In this document: piece by piece, positions 57,024 through 64,000 of the stretch | How positions within the stretch are numbered: position 1 is the first letter of the stretch | How the letters are laid out: each line of letters starts with the position of its first letter | DNA from: Planctomycetota bacterium | GTDB taxonomy: Bacteria; Planctomycetota; MHYJ01; WSZJ01 | Length of the DNA stretch: 64,000 nucleotides | NCBI GenBank assembly: GCA_038060895.1 | Contig: JBBTCT010000024.1 | Span: 128,001 to 192,000 of the forward strand | Direction: 5' to 3' | The notes under the pieces: generated by a model | Database searches by the model: none | What the model saw: only the letters and a program-made list of their open reading frames with translations | Told to the model about the DNA's origin: nothing | Program-made: the position numbers and the translations under genes

Positions 57024-58126
57024 AGCCGGAGAGCGGGCTCGCCGATCTAGGTAAGCTGTCGAATCTGCGCCTTCTCTTCGTAGGAGAGAGCTGGCGCGGA
57101 TCCTGCGCCCGCAGCCTCCGGGAAGCGATCTCTCGGCGTCCCGACGTGGTGCTCGACGAGGTGGATGAAGACCATTGGTTCACGAAACCACGCTCGCTCT
57201 GGCTTAGAGCGGTCAACAGGCTCACGGCAGGTGCATTTCAAGGCGAGTTCCGCGAACAGGTGTTCGCTCGGGTGCGTGAATTCCGGCCTCAAGTGTTCAT
57301 GACTTACAAGGGTACCCTGACTGACGCATCCAGCTTGGCGGCGCTCAAGGCTCTCGGGCTGGTAACGGTAAACGTTTATCCTGACTGCTCCCCACACAGT
57401 TCGGGTGACTCGCACCAAAAGGCAGTGGGGGAGTACGACCTGGTAATTTCGACAAAGCCCTTTCACAAGTCGCGCTGGAAAGAAGTATATGGCTACGACA
57501 ACCGGTGTGAATTCGTCCCGCAGGGGTACGACCCTTCCCTCCACCTCGTGGAAGGACCCGCCCCTGAGTCGGATTTCGACGTCGTCATGGTTGCAACCTG
57601 GCGCGAGGAGTACGCCAAGCTGATGCAGGACTTCGCTCGGAATCTGGGCATTGACGACCTCAAGGTGGCGATAGGCGGGACCGGCTGGGCGGCCCATTCC
57701 GGCTCGTTCCCCCGCCACTGGGTGTTCCCTGGCGGACTGCACGGCCCGACCTATGTGGATTGGCTTCGCAAAGGTCGCATCTGCATCGCGCCTCTGACGC
57801 GCAGTGTCGTTTTCAAGGGGCGCCAGCAGCCCGGAGATGAGGACTCCACCCGAACTTACGAATTGGCCGCCGCTCGCTGCTTCTTCATTCACCGGCGAAC
57901 AGACTACGTAAAGTCCATTTTCGACGAGGTCACGGAAGTCCCCATGTTTGGAGACTCGGAGGAACTGGCGCTGCTCGTCAGGCGCTTCCTGGATCAGCCC
58001 GCGGAGCGCGCAAAGATGGCAGCGGCTGCCCAGCGCCGAGCAGTGCCGGCGTACTCCCTCGACATGCGTGCTGCACAAGTCCTCGACATCCTGAGGAAGT
58101 TCCTACTCGGCCAGGCGTCGCGTTGA
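57020..58126 (+). CDS. Glycosyltransferase (CgeB/Glyco_trans_1_2-like)
   Basis: YPD, TRTYELAA, E...F...EEL...L..P.ER..MA; start 57014 or 57020. Confidence 0.75.
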   Translation: MKPESGLADLGKLSNLRLLFVGESWRGSCARSLREAISRRPDVVLDEVDEDHWFTKPRSLWLRAVNRLTAGAFQGEFREQVFARVREFRPQVFMTYKGTLTDASSLAALKALGLVTVNVYPDCSPHSSGDSHQKAVGEYDLVISTKPFHKSRWKEVYGYDNRCEFVPQGYDPSLHLVEGPAPESDFDVVMVATWREEYAKLMQDFARNLGIDDLKVAIGGTGWAAHSGSFPRHWVFPGGLHGPTYVDWLRKGRICIAPLTRSVVFKGRQQPGDEDSTRTYELAAARCFFIHRRTDYVKSIFDEVTEVPMFGDSEELALLVRRFLDQPAERAKMAAAAQRRAVPAYSLDMRAAQVLDILRKFLLGQASR

Positions 58127-59436
58127 CCGCGTCACCTCTGAAGCGATACCACAAAGTCCTCGGCGAGGGGGCGTGGGTAATACTCGGTCAGGCCGCCGTT
58201 GTCGCCGGGGGACTTGTGGGCATGCGGTTACTTACCCACTTTGTGGCGCCCGAAGCGTTTGGCGTGGTGTCTCTCTTGCTGGGTGTGGTTATGCTTGTGA
58301 AGAACTTCACATTCATGCCGCTCGGACACGCGGGCGCCCGCTTCCTTCCCGACCTTGCGGTCGTCAACGGCGTCGGGTTGCTCCGCCGGGTCATGAATCG
58401 ATTCCTGAGGTGGAGCTGGCTGGCCGCGGGACTTGGCTTGCTTGCGGGAACTGCGTGGTGCGTGTGGAACGGTCAATCCGCCTGGCTGGCTCCGCTTGTG
58501 GTCCTGCTGTTTGTTCTCGACGTCAAGCGATCCGCGGAAGCGACCTTCATGGGGGCGGCGCGGCGCCAGAGGGCATTGAGCCTCTGGAACGTCGGAGAGT
58601 CCTGGCTACGACCCGGGCTCGCGATCGCCGCTGCCTTCTGGCTTGGCCCGTCCGCCGGGTCGGTACTTCTGGGTTACGCCGCGGCCAGCACCGTGCTCCT
58701 GCTGTTGGTCCTGGCACGTGAACCTAGCGATTCGGGCGTCGACGTCGCTGGTAAGTGGACCGAGGCAAGGCTTTCCGCCGAAATCCGGTCGTATGCCGCA
58801 CCCTTGATCCCGCTGGCCGCGATCGTATGGGCCAACACGGTCGGGGACCGGTACATCATCGGGTGGCTGCGCACCCCGGAGGAAGTCGGAGTCTATGTCG
58901 CGACGTATGGCCTAGTGAATACACCTTTCCTGATGGCGCAGGGCATCCTGACGCAGACGCTCCGCCCGGTGTACCTGCAGAAGCTCGCGGCGAATCACGA
59001 GGCAGACGCCCGCAAGACGTACGCAGTCTGGATCGGCTGCACGACAGCCGTCTGCCTAGTTGGGTTTGTGGCTGTCCTAGCGCTCAAGGACGGGATCGCT
59101 TGGCTCCTGCTCGCACCTGAGTATCGTTCCGGAGCTTTGCTCATGCCATGGATCGCGGGGGGAGCAGCCATCTACGCGGCGGGACAGGTCGTAGCTTTGT
59201 ACCTGCTGGCGCACAAGCGGTCGAGCTGGTGGGTGGCCTGTGAAGCGGCCGGCGCAGCCGTCTCAATTCCTGTGACGATCCTGCTGGTCCGGCGACACGG
59301 AGCCTTTGGTGCAGCAGTGGCGTGCCCGATCTACTTCGGCGTGACTTTCGTGCTGCAGTCAATCCTAGCAATGGCGCTTTCGGGTGCTCGCCGTGCCACA
59401 GTTGTCTCTCAGGAAGAGGCCGGCGGCGGGTCCTGA
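58123..59436 (+). CDS. wzx: Wzx-type oligosaccharide flippase
   Basis: LLT...PE.FG, ~12 TM segments, DRYIIG, EVGVY, G..GAA.A. Confidence 0.82.
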   Translation: MTASPLKRYHKVLGEGAWVILGQAAVVAGGLVGMRLLTHFVAPEAFGVVSLLLGVVMLVKNFTFMPLGHAGARFLPDLAVVNGVGLLRRVMNRFLRWSWLAAGLGLLAGTAWCVWNGQSAWLAPLVVLLFVLDVKRSAEATFMGAARRQRALSLWNVGESWLRPGLAIAAAFWLGPSAGSVLLGYAAASTVLLLLVLAREPSDSGVDVAGKWTEARLSAEIRSYAAPLIPLAAIVWANTVGDRYIIGWLRTPEEVGVYVATYGLVNTPFLMAQGILTQTLRPVYLQKLAANHEADARKTYAVWIGCTTAVCLVGFVAVLALKDGIAWLLLAPEYRSGALLMPWIAGGAAIYAAGQVVALYLLAHKRSSWWVACEAAGAAVSIPVTILLVRRHGAFGAAVACPIYFGVTFVLQSILAMALSGARRATVVSQEEAGGGS

Positions 59437-59899
59437 GGCCAGCCTGAGTTCGTTCCCTGTTTCGCCAGCTGAAACCTGGGATTGCGGAGCTGCTCAGGCG
59501 TGTCGGTGCGCCCAGCCGGGAATCGTCTCCCAAGGCCGGACCAGAGCATCCCTTCGTCGCTGTTTCCGACTGCTTGCAGGTCTTGAATGTCACGCCTGGC
59601 CTGGGCCACGCGCCATGTGCCGCCAGTTGAACAGACAAAGCTTTCGTGAAAAGCGGGGTATCCCCTCTTGGCCGGGTGAGGTGACATTGCTTGGCATCAC
59701 GGGCCGGTGGCATTTAGCTTCATTCCCGTCGATTCTTGTCCGATGGATTGAGGGAAGCTTACCCCCAGGCCGGTCCGTTGTTTTCGAGCTCGCCCACCGT
59801 CGCAAGTTACACGACGGCTCGACTGTGGCGGGGCCCTGAAGAGACCCAGGTAGAGGGGCCGCGCAGGCGCGACGGGCTGCTCTATGAGCAGGAGTTGAA

Positions 59900-60688
59900 A
59901 TGACGCTGGCCACCCTGATCACCCTTGCCGGAAAAGTCCCATTGCTGGGCTCGATACTGAGGCGCATTGCGCATTCGTACCCTGAAGGGTCGATCACAAC
60001 AATCCGCTCGGGCGTGGGGCAGGGCCTGAAGTGGCGGCGATACCACCGGTACGTTAACGGGTACTGGCTCGGCCAGTACGAGTTGCCTCTTCAGCTCGCG
60101 CTCCGGAACGCCATTTCCCCCGGTATGACGGTTTTTGACGTCGGGGCGAACGCTGGTTTCTTTTCCGTCATTGCGGCAGGCCTCACTGGACCTACCGGCA
60201 AGTGCGTTGCATTCGACCCACTCACGGAAAACGTCGCATCCATCCGCGAACAATTCGCGCTCAACGGATTCGCTCACGGGCAGGTGTTCGAGGGAGCCGC
60301 CGGGGAGGAGAACGGAAGGGCCAGTATCGCGTTTCAGGAGTCCAACAACGCCATGGCCCACCTGGGGACACCCGGGCGCGACGAGAAAGTCATCGAGGTC
60401 GAGTTACTTACCCTGGACGAAGCAATGCGTCGCTTCGGGCGCCCTCATGTCGTGAAGGTGGGCGTGGAGGGGGCGGAACTTGCCGTACTGCGCGGGGCTG
60501 CTCGACTCGTCCAGAACTTCCGCCCGACGTGGATCCTGGAAGTGCACGATCCGAATTTGTCGGGTCGGATCCGCGAGGCACTGGGTATGTCCTATGGACT
60601 CTTCACCCTTGAGGGCGACCCCATCCCGCTGGGCGATCCGTTGGCCAGCCACGTGATCGCGCGGGACAACACTTCACCTTCCTCCTGA
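59900..60688 (+). CDS. FkbM-family methyltransferase (KxDVEG motif altered to KVGVEG)
   Basis: AGGAG RBS; DVGANAGFF, TLD, KVGVEGAE, LEVH. Confidence 0.82.
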   Translation: MTLATLITLAGKVPLLGSILRRIAHSYPEGSITTIRSGVGQGLKWRRYHRYVNGYWLGQYELPLQLALRNAISPGMTVFDVGANAGFFSVIAAGLTGPTGKCVAFDPLTENVASIREQFALNGFAHGQVFEGAAGEENGRASIAFQESNNAMAHLGTPGRDEKVIEVELLTLDEAMRRFGRPHVVKVGVEGAELAVLRGAARLVQNFRPTWILEVHDPNLSGRIREALGMSYGLFTLEGDPIPLGDPLASHVIARDNTSPSS

Positions 60689-60727
60689 ACCCCAGGCTCG
60701 GAGCTGCCCTACGTGTACTCGTAATGA

Positions 60728-60976
60728 TCACAGGTAACCAGGCACGCCTCGACACCGCGGCCCGTGCCCGCTCATCCTCCCCACGCACCGCGCCAACGCG
60801 GCGGACTCGGCCTGGAACAGCAACTGCCCGGTCAACATCACGCGGTGATTGAACTCCTGCATCTCCCGGACGACGGCGGCGGCTTCTTTGGCCGTCGTGA
60901 CCGTGTCGAGCTTCTTCGAGAGTTCGGGCACCCGGCCGGCGAGGACCTGGTGCAGTTCGCGGATCAAATTGATCAT
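60728..60976 (-). pseudogene. Truncated paralog of the 27426-27758 small helical protein
   Basis: MINLIRELHQVLAGRVPELSKKLDTVT...VREMQEFNHRV; 46/69 identical by manual count; similarity lost after residue ~69. Confidence 0.75.
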
Positions 60977-61416
60977 TTCGGTTCTCCCTTGTCTGCGACG
61001 CGGGGGCTCTGGAGGAGCTTCGCCACGAGCGCGACCTCGTCGTGCAGGAACGCGAGCGTGGCCTCGGCGTCCACGGCCCTTCTCTGGGAAGCAGCCGTGT
61101 GCGCGTCGGCGAGGTCGAGGAGGGTCTTGCGGACTGCGGCGAGCGCCTCGAGCGCGCGATTCCATTCGGCGATTGACGCCGGCGAGAGCGCGGGCGACAC
61201 GTCGGATTCCTTGAGCATCACGAGCGTCTCGACCCGGTCGAGCTGCGCTCTTCGCGAAGCCCGGTTCACTTCGAGGAAAGCCGCGTTGCTTTCCTTCTGC
61301 ACCGCGTAAAGCCCTTTCCGGAAACTCGACAGCGATACCGGGGCGGGGGTGGCGCAGCCGGCTGCGGCGAGGAGAACCCCGGCGAGCCACAGTCGGAACG
61401 GTCCTCCCCTGATCAC
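60973..61416 (-). pseudogene. Internally deleted paralog of the 27755-28582 lipoprotein
   Basis: Lipobox AAGC; SLSSFRKGL...MLKESDVSPAL...WNRALEAL joins directly to AAVRKTLLDLADAHTAASQ, so the central part is missing in frame. Confidence 0.7.
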
Positions 61417-61462
61417 TTCCAGATGGACCGGAGCCCCATGTCAGAAAGGAATTCGGAGGATG

Positions 61463-62608
61463 TCAACTCCATCTCCCCGAGATCCTCGAAACGCGGGCCA
61501 GCGCTTCGCGCCGGCCCGGAAACCTTGCGGGAAAAGCTTCCTGCACGCGCTCCGCGATCTCGGCGAGCGAGTTCATGCCGTCGATCAGGGAGAGCACCAG
61601 CCGGTCGATACGGACGTCGTCGTCGATGACCGGGATGTAGGCCGCGGATTCGCGCCGGAGCGACTCCAGCGTCACAGGATTTCCGTGAAACGTGGACTGG
61701 CGGAAATCCGCCTTGGGCGGCTGCCCGGGAGCGGCCACACGCGTGTCCCACCGGAACAGGTACTCGTCGCCGATGAGGCGGGCGTCGAGCGCGATGCGGA
61801 AGACATCGCCGGCGGCGACGGGAACGGGGCCGGAGAGGGGAAGGAACATGCGGCCCCAGACGAGCTCGGGCTTGTCGGGCGCGTTGGAAAAAGAAATCCC
61901 CTCGGCGAGCTCCGCGTCGAACCAGAGGAGCAGGCCGTGGGCCATGCCCGCACGCTCGGCCTGGGCGTCGAAGGCGGCGGCCACGTCGGGACTTTCGACG
62001 GTGGCGTAGTCGAGCGTGCCCCAACTGACCGGGGGGGCGAGAAGCCGAAGCGGGCCCGCGAGGTTTGTGCCCGCCAGGACACGGTTCGTCACGATCCGCT
62101 GCCCCGCGCGCAGATCGAGGACGTGCGGGCGCGCTTCCCAGGGCCCGATGCTGGCCGCGTGGTGCCCCGGGGCTTCGACGGGCGCGGCCCACAGCGTGTC
62201 GCGCTTCCCGATCAGGACGCCGCCGGGGGCCAGGAAACGCCTGCGGGCGTCAACAATGGCGGGGATGTGATACGGAGTGAGGGGAAGGAGGCCGCGCAGG
62301 TCGGACACGATGACCTCGGCGCGACCGGGCAGCTCGACGCGCGCGGATTCCTGGTGGAAGAACTGGATCCGGTCGCCGAAGCCGTTCGCGACCGCGAGGT
62401 CGCGCCCCACCTGGATCGCTTCGTTCGGCTCGATCGCCCAGACGCGCGCGGCGCCGAGTCTGCAGGCGATCAGCGACATGATTCCGGCGCCCGCGCCGAT
62501 ATCGAGCACCGTGGTGTTCGGCGTCACGACGCGGAGCAGCGCCTCTTCGTACGCCTTCATCCGGACGGCGTCCGCGAACATCCGGCCGTAGTCAACGAGG
62601 TTGTAGAT
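61463..62608 (-). CDS. PRMT-like (protein arginine methyltransferase fold) SAM-dependent methyltransferase
   Basis: YGRMFADAVRMKAY, VLDIGAGAGIMSL.A.R.GA.RV.AIE, HGLLLWFD.EL...ISFSN.P; start 62581 (ATG) or 62608 (ATC). Confidence 0.82.
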   Translation of the reverse strand: MYNLVDYGRMFADAVRMKAYEEALLRVVTPNTTVLDIGAGAGIMSLIACRLGAARVWAIEPNEAIQVGRDLAVANGFGDRIQFFHQESARVELPGRAEVIVSDLRGLLPLTPYHIPAIVDARRRFLAPGGVLIGKRDTLWAAPVEAPGHHAASIGPWEARPHVLDLRAGQRIVTNRVLAGTNLAGPLRLLAPPVSWGTLDYATVESPDVAAAFDAQAERAGMAHGLLLWFDAELAEGISFSNAPDKPELVWGRMFLPLSGPVPVAAGDVFRIALDARLIGDEYLFRWDTRVAAPGQPPKADFRQSTFHGNPVTLESLRRESAAYIPVIDDDVRIDRLVLSLIDGMNSLAEIAERVQEAFPARFPGRREALARVSRISGRWS

Positions 62609-62619
62609 ACGGGAGGATC

Positions 62620-63699
62620 TTACCGGAGACCGCGGACCCTGCGCAGTGCGATTCCCGGCAGCCCTGCCATCGTCCGAGCCACTCCTCGTGCTCCGTCCTG
62701 GCTCAGGATTTTGAGCGCAAAGCGCGCCGTGGTTCCCTCGGCCAGCTCCGGCTGCACGAGGAGCCCGGGCCGCAGGAGGCGCCGGAAGAGAGCGCGCTGC
62801 CAGCGCGGAAGCGCGAGCGCACGGGCAAGCGATTCCGGGATTGCGGCGCCGAAGATGGCCCCGGCGAGCGCGAGACCGGCCGAAAGCGCGGCGGCCGTGC
62901 GCGTCTCCGCGGCGCGCAGGGCGAGAACGGCCGGGTCGGCGCGCAGAAGAAGCTCTCGAAAGTCGAGGATGTTTCCGAGCGGACGGAAGCCGTGGCGCAC
63001 GAGGTTGACGGCGGCAAAGACGAGAGCGTCCTCGGCGGAGGGGAAGCGGATGCCGGGAAACGCAGCCACGGAACGCGCGCGCGTCCCCGCGTCGTCGGGG
63101 CGCATCTCCCGCACGAGGCTCAGCTCCCCCATCAGCGTCCAGTGCAGATCGACGTCGAGCACGACGCCATGCCCCAGTTCACGCAGGAACGATTTCTCCA
63201 TCGCCCCCGCCCCCGTCTGCGCCGGCCCCCTCGAGAAGCCGAGAGCGATCAGGGCCTCCTCTGCGGCCGCGAGATCAGCCGGACCGACCAGCAGGTCCAC
63301 GTCTCCGAAGGGGCGATCCGCAGGCTCGCCGTAGATGCCGTACGCGAGGTGAAATCCCTTCAGGGCCACCGCCTCGAATCCGCGGGCCGCGAACGCTTCT
63401 CCTGCCTCCCGCACCGCTCCGGCCTTGATCGAATTCGAGTGCCCGTAGGACAGCACCCTCGCTTCGAGCGCCGGCCTGAGTTCCGTGGCCCAGGAGGGCA
63501 CGGTGCCGGCGGCAGCGATGCGGCGGCGCAGTTCACCCGCGACTCGGTTCTGGACGGCCAATACCTCGACCCGCCCCCCCTCCGCCCGCGCGGGCCACGC
63601 AGACGCGGGAAGACCTCGCAAGACGGCCAGGAGAGCACGCGCGCCTGGGTCCGCAACGGACGCCAGGTCCGCGTCAACCCAGGCGGCGCATGTGCTCAT
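62620..63699 (-). CDS. Nucleotidyltransferase family protein (NTP_transf_5-like)
   Basis: VALKG..LA..IY..P..R.FGDVDLLV, VDLHW, D(F)REL. Confidence 0.85.
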   Translation of the reverse strand: MSTCAAWVDADLASVADPGARALLAVLRGLPASAWPARAEGGRVEVLAVQNRVAGELRRRIAAAGTVPSWATELRPALEARVLSYGHSNSIKAGAVREAGEAFAARGFEAVALKGFHLAYGIYGEPADRPFGDVDLLVGPADLAAAEEALIALGFSRGPAQTGAGAMEKSFLRELGHGVVLDVDLHWTLMGELSLVREMRPDDAGTRARSVAAFPGIRFPSAEDALVFAAVNLVRHGFRPLGNILDFRELLLRADPAVLALRAAETRTAAALSAGLALAGAIFGAAIPESLARALALPRWQRALFRRLLRPGLLVQPELAEGTTARFALKILSQDGARGVARTMAGLPGIALRRVRGLR

Positions 63700-63778
63700 C
63701 GCGGCTCCGAAAACGACCCGGCGCGCGGAGCTGGAGAAGCCGTCGCGCGCCGGGAGTTCCGGTCAGTATGGGCTTCGC

Positions 63779-64000
63779 CTACTTGTTGCGGCACTCGATG
63801 CGCCACTGGCCGAGCTTACTCGGAAGGTCGGTGCCGTCCGAACCTACGATGAAGACCTTTCCGAGGCCCCCGGACGTCGTGGTGACGGCCCAAGCCCTGT
63901 CCGGCATGCCAATAATGGGAGGGATCGCTGCGCGGTGTTCATAGACGGTAGCGGGGGCGGGATCTGTAAGCACCCAGACGTAAGCACCCGTCGTAGAGTC
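63779..64000 (-). CDS. C-terminal end of a hypothetical protein running in from beyond the window
   Basis: Open frame to the window edge (...GAYVWVLTDPAPATVYEHRAAIPP...WRIECRNK*). Confidence 0.45.
   Translation of the reverse strand, partial: DSTTGAYVWVLTDPAPATVYEHRAAIPPIIGMPDRAWAVTTTSGGLGKVFIVGSDGTDLPSKLGQWRIECRNK

Noticed and set aside
59437-59899. Possible gene or ncRNA in the gap after wzx
   Set aside because: Short ORFs lack coding bias or recognisable motifs; no convincing structure seen
1-64000. tRNA or rRNA genes
   Set aside because: No cloverleaf with T-loop GTTCRA in a suitable intergenic context and no rRNA-like segment recognised by eye; tRNAscan-SE would be decisive

Overview
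High-GC bacterial window, most consistent with a Planctomycetota-like genome (inferred from the WD40 protein with a HEAT-like tail, the ASPIC/UnbV protein, the TPR expansions and the ECF/zf-HC2 pair). The left ~29 kb looks like host backbone: Helicase_C_3 protein, secreted metzincin plus lipoprotein, mutY, glgC, two tandem TPR proteins that begin with a STAND winged-helix motif, a DTW tRNA-modifying enzyme, WD40 protein, acyl-CoA dehydrogenase, HTH protein, CRTAC1-like protein, Zn-ribbon/degenerate PP2C protein, ECF sigma/anti-sigma and a Uma2 nuclease. Many of its intergenic spaces carry palindromic or 7-9-nt-periodic repeat elements. From ~28.9 to 60.7 kb lies a Wzx/Wzy-type surface-polysaccharide locus (fcl, acyltransferase, wzc, WecA-like transferase, putative Wzy, six glycosyltransferases, two AsnB amidotransferases, five methyltransferases, AKR+GMC pair, bi-domain oxidoreductase, heparinase II/III, wecB, wzx). 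The locus is bracketed by diverged copies of one lipoprotein/small-helical gene pair and contains an IS1595 relic next to a relic of the nucleotidyltransferase found intact at the right end. The right end encodes a PRMT-like methyltransferase and an NTP_transf_5 nucleotidyltransferase. No rRNA, tRNA or CRISPR array was found. All family calls come from motif recognition by eye; no database searches were run.
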